The notes beneath the pieces are model-generated. The model saw only the letters and a list, made by a program, of their open reading frames with translations. It did no database searches and was not told the DNA's origin. A DNA stretch of 64,000 nt from Lingula anatina. Its lineage: Eukaryota > Animalia > Brachiopoda. Shown piece after piece: positions 25,043 to 39,000 of the stretch. A program made the translations under genes and the position numbers. The stretch lies in assembly GCA_051362555.1 (NCBI GenBank), contig CM120643.1, positions 124,001 to 188,000 on the forward strand. Reading direction: 5' to 3'. Every line of letters begins with the position of its first letter. The first letter of the stretch is position 1.

Positions 25043-28000
25043 ATGAAACAAGTGGCACAAATGTTAATGGGGGTTGTACAGAGTGTGGCATGGACACGAG
25101 CGCCGTCTAGCGTTATGTCAGCACGTCAGGGCGACTTCAAAAGACTGCTGCATTCTGCCAGTCAACTGCTGCCTGATGGGGACATTGAGAGACCCAGAGT
25201 AGTCGATATGAGGAATGGAAAAAAGGTAAACATTGATAGAATAATATACGCGGCTCTTTAATTTTTATTGAAGAAAAGCTCTCTTAATTATAACGCATGC
25301 TCTGTTCAAAAATTGTCTCCATTTAGCCTGCAAGATGCGTTGTGGATCATTTTGTTTTTATTTTATTTATTTATTTATTTATTTATTTTTTTTTTGGGGG
25401 GGGGGTGCGCATAAACAGGGATTGTGACAGGATTGCAAAATGTTTGATTTCAGGTTAAACGAGTTTTCTCAGATGATGAGATGTCACGACGCCTTCACAA
25501 TCTACGGAAGTACATGGCAACCCACGCGATTGGCGGCGTCTTACTAACCTCTTACCACAACGTGAATTACTTCAGCGGGTTTCTGTACACCGCCTTTGGC
25601 CGTCCGTACGGTCTAATTGTCACTCCCGACAAGTGCCTCACCCTCGCTGCTGGCGTGGATGGCGGGCAGCCATGGCGTCAGTCCTACGGAGACTGTATTA
25701 CCTACACTGACTGGCAACGCGATAATTTCTTCACCGTCGTGAGAGAAGAACTTGGCGACATTACTGGATATCTAGGGATTGAATTTGATCACGTGAACAT
25801 TGAAAACTACCGGAAGTTAGACCACGTTGTCCCACACATATCAAAAGTTGACGTGGGAAAAGCGACCATGAAATTGCGCATGGACAAGTCAGACGAAGAG
25901 ATAGCACTAATCAGAGAAGGCGCACGTATAGCGAATATTGGTGGTTATGCAGCCATAGAGGTCCTTGAAGAAGGGATTCCAGAGTACGAAGTTGCCATGG
26001 CAGCTAACAGAGCAATGGTTCGTGAGATTGCTAAAACTTTTCCAGAGTCGGAATTGATGGATAGTAAGTTGAATGTATAGAACAGTGGCGGGTTTAGGGG
26101 GGATTGTCAAAGTGGGAGGGGGGGGGGGGTCCTGACCCCCTTTGATTTCCGAAAAACATCACACCAATGGTCCCCTATTGAAATCAGAATTTTTACTGGC
26201 TGAATCGTAGTTCTAAACCGTACCAAACGGCACCGTGCGCCCTCTAAAATACCAAACAATTTCGGGGCCCTTCAGCGAGCCAGGAGACCCACGTCAAGGT
26301 GGGTGGGGGGAATGTCAGCTGTGCATTCGCGGACCCCCCTTCAAATAATCCTGGATCCGCCACTGTACATCATATTGTACTCACTAACCTCTGCATTTCG
26401 TTTCCGGGCTGGATGGTAGCGTCTTGCTCGTTGCGGTGTCCCTCGGCCATCGTTAGCGAGTGTTTTTACAATTCTCCCCGAATATTACTAAAGTCACTTT
26501 ACGGAATCGCGTGCGAGCTTTCGCCAAATTTGTACTAACTTCTTAGCTATACCGCGGGTATAATCTAGACGCTAGGGGCTCTAATCCACCGTTGAAAGAT
26601 TCTAGGTTCGGTACGCGATTCCCGACTTGGGTTATGCCTGGAGAGAAGAGTAACGCAACACCACTGTTTAGTTACAAAAATCAAAACTCGTTTATTGCCA
26701 GGTCGCAGCCTGATTTTATACCTAACTTTGCGTGACAGACTTGTATCTTTATTGAGACTTTACTATAATTAAAGGAGATGAGATAAGAAAAGAGATTAAC
26801 TTTAGATAAGAGCTATAAACTTCTCTTGACACGTATTACGAGTCGCGCGCTGAAGCCTGCGACTCAGATTGAACAAATTACTAGTCTGAACAATATGGTA
26901 CGACAAGTAAACAAAAATAAATTCGCTTGTATGAGTTATGATGCTTCTTTGCAAGTGTTATCAGAGGTTAAGTAACTTCCAGGCCCGATTAAAAATGGTC
27001 TCTCCTACTTTCCAGCTTGTATGAGTTATGATGCTTCTTTGCAAGTGTTATCAGAGGTTAAGTAACTTCGAATTCCAGGCCCGATTAATAATGGTCTCTC
27101 CTTCTTTCCAGCTTGTATGAGTAATGATGCTTCTTTGCAAGTGTTATCAGAGATTTAGTAATTTCAAGGCACGTGTAATAATAATAGTGGTCTCTGCTCC
27201 TTTCCAGCTTGGACCTGGCTCCAGTCAGGCATCAACACAGACGGAGCACACAACCCATTGACCACAAAGAGGCTCCAGAGCGGAGAGATCCTCAGCCTTA
27301 ATTGCTTCCCTATGATTGCAGGGTAAAGACTTGTGTACTGAGTTATAGAGCTCTGTATTACACTCACATATACATGTTATAGCTATGATATAGTGTACCG
27401 AGTGATAGAGCTCTGTATTACACTCACATATACATGTTATAGCTATGATATAGTGTAACGAGTGATAGAGCTCTGTATTACGCTCACATATACATGTTAT
27501 AGCTATGATATAGTGTACCGAGTGATAGAGCTCTGTATTACGCTCACATATACATGTTATAGCTATGATATAGTGTACCGAGTGATAGAGCTCTGTATTA
27601 CACTCACATATACATGTTATAGCTATGATATAGTGTACCGAGTGATAGAGCTCTGTATTACGCTCACATATACATGTTATAGCTATGATATAGTGTACCG
27701 AGTGATAGAGCTCTGTATTACACTCACATATACATGTTATAGCTATGATAGATATTATGGAAAGGGGCATACAGTTTAAATTGTCTCTAAAATAGCAAGA
27801 AGGTGACAGGCGTTTATTATCTGTCTGTTCTTCCCGTCTTTTACGAGAGTGTGTCGAGCCACACCAGAAGACAGTGTTTCATAAAAGATGAAAAATAATT
27901 TTAAGACTTTTCATTAATTTTACAATGAACATTTTCACTGTTTTTTTTTCTAACAGATGGTTCGAAAGCGCGTGCAAGAGTCATTATATGTTTATTAAAT

Positions 28001-29115
28001 TTGTAATGAATCGTTTTCCCCTCTTGCTAGGTACTACACGGCGTTGGAAAGAACGCTCTTCCTGAACACAGTGCAGTCACATCGCCACCTACAGTTGTGG
28101 GAGATCAACTGTGAGGTCCACCGCCGTGGTCTGTCACTTATCAAACCGGGCGTCCGCTGCAGCGACATAGCCAACGAGTTAAACGAGATCTACCAGAGCC
28201 ACGACCTGCTCGAATACCGCAGTTTTGGGTATGGGCACTCCTTTGGCACGCTGTGTCATTATTACGGACGAGAAGCAGGTGTGTTAGACGAGGTTCTGCA
28301 GCAGGATTTCGTTATTTAATTTATAACCTCCACCAAGAAGGCTGTTTTTGGATCCGTCTGTTTGTCTGTCTGCTATCAAACTTATTCAAGTTATGGGTGG
28401 ATTTTGATGACATTGTCATGAACCATCCTGAGGGAACCGAGTAACAAATGTTTAGTTTTTGATATTTTGTTTGTTAGCAGACAATTAGTAATAGACGGGT
28501 TTTAAAGACATCTTTCGGTTAGGTCAGAAACGAGCTACAAAGTGGTGATGATTAATTTAAAAATTAATGAAGTAATAATGAGGATTTAGTTTATTACACA
28601 GTTAGATCATTGATAAGTAGTGCATGATTATTAATGAGAGCAGTGCTGCCTGGGCTGAAGTATGTGCATGCTCTCTGGGTGATTTTTTAGTTTTTTTTTT
28701 ACTTTGATATGACTCCCTTAAGTTCTGATATAGACGACTTTCAAAGTTCATTTAAGTTCTAAACAATATCTTACACTATATACATTTATCTGTCACTTAT
28801 CCAAATCCCTTGGTTTCGGTTTTTACACGTCGGCACCAACCCCCCCTCCTCCCCCAACCCGCCCTTGGATTCCTAATGAGGATTAAGTTAAAAAAAATTT
28901 TTTTTTGTTGTTCAGATCTTGAACTCCGAGAGGATATTGACACGGTACTGAAGCCAGGTAACGTAATTTCCATGGAGCCAATGATCGTGATCCCCGAGGG
29001 TCTGCCAGGAGCAGGAGGCTACAGAGAACACGATATCCTCATAGTTACAGAGAACGGGGCGGAGAATATCACCAAGTTCCCCTTCGGTCCTGAGCATAAT
29101 ATAGTGAAGAAGTGA
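25043..29115 (+). CDS. Creatinase (creatine amidinohydrolase, M24/pita-bread fold), ~451 aa, 5 coding exons, putative mitochondrial presequence
   Basis: Exons 25043-25225, 25454-26063, 27208-27322, 28031-28278, 28916-29115 (phases 0,1,2,1; 1356 nt). Motifs typical of bacterial creatinase: RNGKKV..FS..E, TSYHNVNY, FGRPYGL, DGGQPWR, YTDWQRDN, ELMDTWTWLQSGINTDGAHNP (catalytic His), LNCFPMIAGYYTALERTLFL, FGYGHSFG, HYYGREA.LELREDIDTVL.P, SMEPMI, GAGGYREHDIL, ENITKFPFGPEHNI. Confidence 0.93.
26083..26365. mobile_element. Short non-autonomous DNA element (CAGTGGCGG...CCGCCACTG termini)
   Basis: Terminal inverted CAGTGGCGG / CCGCCACTG. A related internal fragment recurs at ~54065-54215 (…TAGTTCTAAACCGTACCA…). 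No clear TSD. Confidence 0.6.
26926..27211 (+). repeat. ~90-96-bp tandem triplication of the creatinase exon-3 splice acceptor region
   Basis: TTTCCAG|CTTG occurs at 27015, 27111 and 27207 (the true acceptor), with shared GATGCTTCTTTGCAAGTGTTATCAGAG blocks. Confidence 0.85.
27332..27752. repeat. 60-bp minisatellite, 7 copies, just after the creatinase exon-3 donor
   Basis: Unit TGTACCGAGTGATAGAGCTCTGTATTAC(A/G)CTCACATATACATGTTATAGCTATGATATAG. Confidence 0.95.
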
Positions 29116-30794
29116 AATAAGCAACAGCAAAAGGCTGAAAGAGGACAGAAACTGCCATCTATTGGCCCTGAATATAAACTTTAGCACCCTCAGTTGGGAT
29201 TCTGATGTATTTCATATTAGTCACATTATGAGGAAGTGTTAGAGATTTAGAAAACACCAGTTCAATCCCGGGAGTAAATTGTGCGAACTTGATGGAATGC
29301 GCATTCGCACACAAGCATTTATCAATGTTCCAACATACTCTAAAGATTTTTGGAAAAGCGATTGAAGCTGGTCAAATACTCATTTTACTGTGTTCAAAGC
29401 TTTTATTTGCCAGTCTTTTAAAACGTTATGTATGTACGTTATATGTGCTGTTATATGACTTAAATAAGGTACACCTTTGAAAAAAGCAACAGTGCTCTAT
29501 CGTAAAGAAATAACTGCCACAAGGCCACCCACTCGCACCTTCTGACAATGTTTTATTGCTGTTGTTAGTTCTATACAAATACCATGTAGCTTGTGTTTCA
29601 CACATACAAGTGCACTATACTTGATACCTATATTTGACAGATAAGCTCATAAATACAGGAATCGCTATATACATGAATAAAAATTAAAAAATTTAATGCA
29701 TAGGATGACTTGTCGATACCTTAGCTGGTATATATATTTCAACAAATGTATACACACATCATTTAAAGTCCTGACGAATGTAGGTTTCTCCCCAATTCGG
29801 ATTAGTGGTGTACTACCAGACTTTGCAGGATGAAATGACTAATTCAAAAAGAAATTGCTTGGCACCTTAAATTGTATACAAATTGTAATATGCTTATAAA
29901 TGTTACCTGCTATCCCCCCCCCCCCAAGGGAAATAGACTGCAATTTATAAGATGGCAAAAAAGCTGCTGGTTGCACTATGCCGCGGAGAATACTCATGAT
30001 TACACTTCTTGTTTGGTTCAATATGTTGTCAATTCACGCCTTTGTCTTTTTTTTCTAAAAAATAATCACTCGGTTGTCTTCAATAGACCTACACATATAT
30101 GGAAATGTCGCAATTATGACGTCACACGTAAGATGACGTGCAAATGTTTTAACATTTAAATTAAAATTAATTTAGTCACTGAACGCTGAAGATTTATCTC
30201 TTACCCCCAAAAATGTATGTAGGCAATAAATAAGGAGGGTGCCAATATCGTTAACTGTAGCTGCATTGTATACTCAACGGAACAGTGTAAACTATCCACC
30301 AATACACTACAACACTAAAAACGAAATACTGTCCATCGCCCAACTTAGAAAAAAGTTTTAAAATGGCGATTTCAAGGTGTCAGAATCTCCTCCGAGCACA
30401 GCCGAGAATTAGTAAGAGCTTTGGAAGTAACTCACTCGCGATTCCAGTAATTACGCCGCGGGGTATTCAGGGCACAGACCGTGATCACAAGATACCGCCA
30501 ATAGATTTTTAGATTTTTAGAAAATAGATTTTTCATGAGAACGGTCCCTTAAACTAATAGGCTATCAAATTGAAGTACTGGTTATCAGTTAGTTACCAGC
30601 CAAGCATAATTCCCCTTAACCATGGACAGTCGCCTATTAGCCATATATTGTGTTATTTAAAGCACTCCAGAACACTTTTTTATACCTAAGCTCATCCAAG
30701 CCAATAAACTTTTTCAGTGCTGTGCTAGCCATAGCACAACTATACCAACATTTATGTGGTATTTGGTTTCCAATTTGTTTCACGCAAGAAATAT

Positions 30795-32992
30795 TCAGGA
30801 TTCACTGATATCAGGGTTGCGATATCCCGGTTTATAGTTTACTTGCGGCAGTTGAGGTGTTACTGGTTCATACCCCTTTTTCAGTGTTGGTTTGGCAAGT
30901 ATACTACCAACGTATGCTTCCAACTCTCTCTTTATCTGATTCTGATTAAGTCGCTCTTCAGGCTGACGTTGGGTGCACTTCTGGATAATCGCCCACCACT
31001 TGGTCTCCAGTCCCTGGGCGTTGGCACCGTGAACATCGCTGAGTGCTGACAGCACCGCCTCTCCTGTTAGGAGACGGTTAGTGAACTCTTCTACGGTGAC
31101 GTCACTGGCATCATCGTAGACTTGCTGACCGTTCCACAGCTCCCACATTATCAAACCAAAACCATAGATGTCGCCATCGTGTGTGTACACCCCGCCTTGG
31201 AGGACCTCTAGCGGCAAATATCTGCAGGCACCGAGGGGCTGTAGGCGTCCAGCTGAAGGGATATTCGCCGGTCTTGGACACCCAATGTTAAAGAGTTGAA
31301 TGTGTCCATGTTTCTCCGGCGGTTGATCCACCTACATGTATAAAAACCTTATTATTGTTCCTGGTTTGCAGACAAAGGGTATATAAAATTGTTCATAGTA
31401 AAATATAACAGCAAAAACAGTATACAGTATGTCCATATGTCTGGTTTCCAATCGAGATCCCACGTATTGACGTCATATGACAACTCTAAATCGACATCGA
31501 AAACAAATACCCATGGTAGTTTAAGACTTCTGTGGGGAATCCCAGCAGTAACAATATATGCATCATTTTTACCTCCATACTCACCATCACCGTCTCCATG
31601 GACAACTCCATATGAACAAAACCCTTTCGGTGAAGCCACTCCAACGCGTCTATCAGCTGCTGGAGAAGGGGGATCAAACTGACGAATAACCGCCACTTGC
31701 AATCCTCTTTTGATGAGACGTGGCCTATTTAACAGGAAAAAAAAGTAGGTGTAGAACCGCATTGCAACCAAACGCATCTTGTAACTGCAGTGCATTTTGA
31801 AATCAAAGTAAAACGTCAGCACGCATTTTACAACCGCAATTAATTTAGCCACTATTTTCTTTTCTAAGGCACTGTTTAAAACTCAAATATACGTTAGAGA
31901 AAAAAGGTGTAGGGAAGAGATTATTAGCTCAATGGCGTTGTATTGGGAGTGGGCCTAAGTAAGGGACTTGAAGCTAATAGGGAGATTAATAGCCCTATCA
32001 TTAGGGATGTGCAAGGGTCCTTTCGAAACAGCATGCCTCTGGCTGTCTCCGAGGGTGGGGGACTTTAGTTTTGCTCACTGTATACTTTTCTCAACCATAA
32101 CAGTGTGTATATTTTTTAACTTTTGGGATTGACAGGAATGTGCAATGGCACGTTTGTCGACACTAATGGTCTAAAAGGATACAGCGGAAATTACAAAATG
32201 GAAATGGAATCTTCCACCCAAAAGACAGCCCTCATTCGCACTATAAGAGGATTCATGTCTCTGACAATAAATGTATAAATCCTAAATGTTTAAATGTCTC
32301 ACTCAGCCCCGAACACATTCCATGTATCTCATATGTATCACTATACAACTTGAAATCGTGTCAGTGCCTTGGTTGCAAGGTGCGTTGCGGTTGCAAAAAG
32401 CGCAGTCACGCTTTCTGGCTTTCACGCTTTCCAGGTCAACAAAAGATAAATTCAACTGTTTGCATCGGTTCATACATTCATAAACCATTCAGCAAATTAA
32501 CCATTCATGTTCTGTTTGCAACCGAACACATTTTGCAGGTCGTCAACGGGTTCATTCAACTGTTTGCATCCGTCATACATACCTATTTTTCGGACACACC
32601 GTTTTCGCAAGCTCATTATTGTGCCACTGAACACCAAGGACGGCAGGCTGGTAGACGGGTCGTTGAAACTCCCCATTAGTGCAGGGACGTATATCTCCCC
32701 GGGTTTTCCCAAAAATCTGCAAATAACAAAACGTAAAGAACATTATAACATCTATTGCCTTTCCATTTAGAGTATAGTTACTAGTGTAATAAAAAGTAAT
32801 GACTTAAAAGGGCAAATAAGAACACTGCAAATTTGCACGTGTCGTAGTTATAGTTAGTGTGAGCTGTTTGCAGATTTAATTAAATGCATTCTGATATCCC
32901 ATATGAACATTTTATGTATGAATATTAATTTATAAAAAATAATTATACAAGAACCCAACACACACTTAATAAGCAATTTTACATTACATGCA

Positions 32993-33028
<36 letters not shown>

Positions 33029-36000
33029 TATTATTATTATAAAATTGAAAAAATAATAAAAGCAATAGTGGAATGCACATTTTGATTAAAACATTATTAT
33101 TATACACATAATCACGCACCAACGCACACACAGACAAAAACGCATTCAGCTACAGGTGCATAAACGCACATGCTAAAATACCCATTTTCTCACCTCAGAG
33201 CTGCAATATCATCTAAAACATCATCCTCCGTAACTTCTAGATATACCTTGATCATCACTTTCTCTCCGGAATCTTTCAGGTGTAATGGGTAGACCTGCGA
33301 CCAGATCCCGCTTCTAACAATGGAATCAGTTGGTTGGATGGTTGAAAAGCTTTCAACCCCATATGATTTTCTATCAATGAATTTCAAATAGAATCTCTCC
33401 AGGCGATACAAAGTTGATCCCTGGCCAATGCCAAGCGTTTCCACAAGGGGTCTGTAGGTATCAATTATTTTGTCTTTGGAACGCTGATCGTCCTGAATGC
33501 AGGTTAGAAGCCTTTGTGTGCCTTCTACTAACTTTGGAATGTGAGTTTTCATGATCTCGAGTTGGTGAGAGGCGTCTTCAAATCGGCCTTCCATGCACTC
33601 CTTGCAGTGGCCTAAATCCTGGAAGACTTCACATATCTTGTTAGCTTGTTTTGTCAGAAAAACTGTCGGGTTGGCACGATAGAGATGTACAACTTCGTCC
33701 TGTCTCTTGCGGCGTATCCATTTCTTAATACTGGAAAGTCCAAACAGGGCCATCGGAATTGCTGCAAAGATTCCAGCTACGAAACCAACGGGCAGAATTA
33801 CCGGTGCAAACAGACCAATGGCGACTTTTTCTTTTAATGTCACGATCGGCGTCCTGGCTACGTCATCATCCATCAATCCTTCCACATCGATTTGAAACTC
33901 ATCTGTGATGTCCTGCAAATTTCCCATGGGGTATGCATTCGTTTTTTCAATCAGTTCATCTTCTATCTGCTTCAGTTCACTTTCAAGCAGTTGAAAGAAC
34001 GTGGCAAACTTTTTAAACTGCGACTCCAGTGCAGCAGCCATGTAGTTCCCCTTTTTCTCCCAGCTAGAAATTATGGACATAAATTTTTCATTAATGGTTT
34101 CTTCTATTATCGATTCAAAGTCCTCAAAGAGTAAGCCACCTTGGGTGTCAGGCAATTTCCACTCCGTTAGTGCCCGTTTTACCTCAGATGTATAGAAGTG
34201 ATCTTTCAAACAAGTTGCCGTAAATTCTATTTTATCTGCTAAGTCTTTTGTGAGTTCCTCCATCTTGGAATCAGCATTGTCCCGAAAGGTCTGCAGCTTT
34301 TGCTCCACCTGGCGATGTACCTTCAGCAGGTCTTCCTTGGACAAAGACGCATTGGAGACGTAAACCTCGGCAGTGGTCATGGTTCTAGTCACAAACCGTC
34401 GCAACCAGCTGTAAAATGATGATGGCAGAATAAGTAAACCACGAAAGGTGACAGTTCACGGGCTGGGATGATGGTAGAATAAGTAAACCATGAAAGGTGA
34501 CTGTCCACGGGCTGGGATGATGGTAGAATAAGTAAACCATGAAAGGTGACTGTCCGCGGGCTGGGATGATGGTAGAATAAGTAAACCATGAAAGGTGACT
34601 GTCCACGGGCTGGGATGATGGTAGAATAAGTAAACCATAAAAGGTGACTGTCCGCGGGCTGGGATGATGGTAGAATAAGTAAACCATAAAAGGTGACAGT
34701 CCACGGGCTGGGATGATGGTAGAATAAGTAAACCATGAAAGGTGACTGTCCACGGGCTGGGATGATGGTAGAATAAGTAAACCATGAAAGGTGACTGTCC
34801 GCGGGCTGGGATGATGGTAGAATAAGTAAACCATGAAAGGTGACTGTCCACGGGCTGGGATGATGGTAGAATAAGTAAACCATAAAAGGTGACTGTCCGC
34901 GGGCTGGGATGATGGTAGAATAAGTAAACCATAAAAGGTGACAGTCCACGGGCTGGGATGATGGTAGAATAAGTAAACCATAAAAGGTGACAGTCCACGG
35001 GCTGGGATGATGGTAGAATAAGTAAACCATAAAAGGTGACTGTCCACGGGCTGGGATGATGGTAGAATAAGTAAACCATAAAAGGTGACAGTCCACGGGC
35101 TGGGATGATGGTAGAATAAGTAAACCATAAAAGGTGACAGTTCACGGGCTGGGATGATGGCAGAATAAGTAAACCATGAAAGGTGACTGTCCACGGGCTG
35201 GGATGATGGTAGAATAAGTAAACCATGAAAGGTGGCAGTCCTCGGGCTGGGATGATGGCAGAATAAGTAAACCATGAAAGGTGACTGTCCACGGGCTGGG
35301 ATGATGGTATAATAAGTAAACCATGAAAGGTGACAGTCCACGGGCTGAGATGATTGTACAATAAGTAAACCACGAAAGTTGACAGTCCACGGGCTGGGAT
35401 GATGGTAGAATAAGTAAACCATGAAAGGTGACAGTCCACGGGCTGGGATGATGATAGAATAAGTAAACCACGAAAGGTGACAGTCCACGGGCTGGGATGA
35501 TGGCAGAATAAGTAAACCATGAAAGGTGACTGTCCACGGGCTGGGATGATGGTAGAATAAGTAAACCAGGGTGGGAGACCACTTAGCCTCAGGCTGGGAG
35601 ACCACTTAGTTTTAGGCTGCTAAACATAAACAAGCTCACAAGTTTTTTCATTAAAATATTTTAAAATATTTTTTAAATTGCCATTGGACTCTTTAGTTTT
35701 GTAACTACATTGGGAGAATGTTTTACTAATTTGGGACGCATACTTGCAGAGCTAGGTCGCCACAGGTTTTAAGTCTTTATGGCGTAATACGCGGCATCAC
35801 CTAAGACTGAACGAGTGATCTAAAAATAAGAATCGCCAAATATTGATGAAATCGAATATCATTTCACGCTCTACATTACATTTTTTAGGTACTTGCCAGA
35901 TTATTGTTAAAATTCTAAAACTCACTCATAATTCAGTAGAATCCGCCTCTGCAAGCTGATTGGCACCAACTCCTTGATTCCATTTAGTAGAGTGTCATAG

Positions 36001-39000
36001 TCATCGCTTACATAGCCCAGTCCCATGCTGACCCGTGCTTTCTTTGCTGACATGGTGAACACCTGCTTCTCTGGACTGATGCCAGGCCAACATTTATCAA
36101 GATCCTTGATGATTTTTTCCTTCACCATTTTCCTGTCTTCCTTTGGAACCAAATCCCATCTATTACAAACGAAAATGGCGGATCTAGGATCGAATGAGTT
36201 TGTGCCCTCAGCGTCTTGATGTTCAACAAGCATTTTCAGCAGCTTTTGAAGCTGAAACGTAAAAGAAAATATTGAAACATATACCGGCAGTGCAGATATT
36301 TTCTGAAACCGATATCAGATAATTGAAAAATTGTTCCTTCTCTGTAAAATATAATGGTTAATTAACTGTAAGACAACTGGAAGTCAGTATAACCTTCATA
36401 TCCCCGTTTTATAAACACTGGATAGCGCTACTTTACACCTTACCTCTAACTGTAACCCTCTCATACACAGTTGGTCTAAATGGAGGGAATTAAAACACAT
36501 CATAGAGGCACTGTTTGTATACTGACAGTCAATGAAAATGCATCAGAAAACTTTACTTTTTTACCGATAATCGATTCCAACCATATAAACGAGCACAAAT
36601 GCACTTGTTTGGTCATAAGAGAGTGGGCTGACCACTCGGATGTTTAAAATTTCCGCTTCCGTGATTTTGTGATCAGCTGTTTTTTTCTGTCTCGTGATTG
36701 GTGTGATTTAATCAGGTTCAATACATGGTGATTAATTAAGCCTATTTAAGGTAGTCACCGAATCCAGTATGACACATAACAAAAAAAAAGTTCAGTTATG
36801 CCACGTCTGACGCTGGAAGAGCGACTGCGGGCCCTGGGGATGCTGGAGGATGGGCGGAACCAAAGATATTTGATCACGTGACCTTGCATTTTAATGATCA
36901 TTTCTGACCTTTATTTCACCTTGTGTGACTGAATAATGGGTCATATTTCACACGAAAAATATTATTTTCTTAATGTGACCAAAGGAACTTAGTATAGTAT
37001 TTGATAAATAAATGATGCGTTTTCATTGACTGTCAGTAAAGTTACTTGCATTATAATAACCCTTGTAATATTCTCGCTCAGATAAACCAAAAAATCTTCT
37101 CGACTTTCAATTTCCCAACTGCCACACGTGAGAAATGTCATGTTACCCTGTCTTCCTGCACGCCGCCGGCATTATCGCTTAGAATGACGTAAATGAAGGC
37201 AAATACACTGTTCTGGTCAATGAAATCTGTCAGTATCCGATCCATGATTTCACTCTCCCCTATACCAGGCGTGTCCACGATGTACACTCCACTCTGAAAT
37301 ACAAACGCGAACGATGAGATATGATTTCGGCAAAGATAAGAATTCGATAATAAGCGGTGATATGGCGGCCGGAGGCTGCACGTGACGGTTGGGGTCAGAG
37401 GTCAGGGATATGGTGGTCATGGCGATTGGGGTCAGAGGTCAATGCTATGGTGGTCATGGCAGTTGAGGTCAGAGGTCAAGGCTATGGTGGTTATGACGGT
37501 TGGGGTCAGAGGTCAGGGCCATGGTGGTCATGTTGGTTGGGGCCAGAGGTCAAGGCCATGGTGGGCATGTTGGTTGGGGTCACAGGTCAAGGCTATGGTG
37601 GCCATGTCGGATGGGGTCAGAGGTCAAGGCTATAGTGGTCATGGCAGTTGGGGTCAGAGGTCAAGGTTATGGTGGTAATGACTGTTGGGGTGAGAGGTCA
37701 AGGCTATGGTGGTCATCGTGGTTGGGGTCAAAGGTCAAGGGTGTGGTGGTAAAGGCGGTTGGGGTCAGAGGTCATGGCTATGGTGGTCATCACGGTGGGG
37801 GTCAGAGGTCAAGGCTATGGTGGTCATGGCGGTTGGGGTCAGAGGTCAAGGCTATGGTGGTCATGGCGGTTGGGGTCAGTGGTTATGGCGGTTGGGTTCA
37901 GAGGTCAGGGCCATGGTGGTCATTGTGGTTGGGGTCAAAGGTCAAGGCCATGGTGGGCATGTTGGTTGGGGTCACAGGTCAAGGCTATGGTGGCCATGTC
38001 GGATGGGGTCAGAGGTCAAGGCTATAGTGGTCATGGCAGTTGGGGTCAGAGGTCAAGGTTATGGTGGTAATGACTGTTGGGGTGAGAGGTCAAGGCTATG
38101 GTGGTCATGGCGGTTGGGGTCAGTGGTCATGGCGGTTGGGGTCAGAGGTCAGGGCCATGGTGGTCATCGTGGTTGGGGTCAAAGGTCAAGGCCATGGTGG
38201 GCATGTTGGTTGGGGTCACAGGTCAAGGCTATGGTGGCCATGTCGGATGGGGTCAGAGGTCAAGGCTATAGTGGTCATGGCAGTTGGGGTCAGAGGTCAA
38301 GGTTATGGTGGTAATGACTGTTGGGGTGAGAGGTCAAGGCTATGGTGGTCATCGTGGTTGGGGTCAAAGGTCAAGGGTATGGTGGTAAAGGCGGTTGGGG
38401 TCAGAGGTCATGGCTATGGTGTTCATCACGGTGGGGGTCAGAGGAAAGGCTATGGTGGTCATGGCGGTTGGGGTCAGAGGTCAAGGCTATGGTGGTCATC
38501 GTGGTTGGGGTCAAAGGTCAAGGGTGTGGTGGTAAAGGCGGTTGGGGTCAGAGGTCATGGCTATGGTGGTCATCGTGGTTGGGGTCAAAGGTCAAGGGTG
38601 TGGTGGTAAAGGCGGTTGGGGTCAGAGGTCATGGCTATGGTGGTCATCACGGTTGGGGTCAGAGGTCAAGGCTATGGTGGTCATGGCGGTTGGGGTCAGA
38701 GGTCAAGGCTATGGTGGTCATGGCGGTTGGGGTCAGAGGTCAGGGCCATGGTGGTCATGTTGGTTGGGGCCAGAGGTCAAGGCCATGGTGGGCATGTTGG
38801 TTGGGGTCACAGGTCAAGGCTATGGTGGCCATGTCGGATGGGGTCAGAGGTCAAGGCTATGGTGGTCATGGCAGTTGGGGTCAGAGGTCAAGGTTATGGT
38901 GGTCATGGCGGTTGGGGGTCAGTGGTCATGGCGGTTGGGTTCAGAGGTCAGGGCCATGGTGGTCATTGTGGTTGGGGTCAAAGGTCAAGGCCATGGTGGG

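Noticed and set aside
34385-35605. 235-406 aa repetitive ORFs on the minus strand
   Set aside because: These are artefacts of a stop-poor 49-bp unit. The frame continuous with the downstream exon is closed by a stop at 34458-34456.
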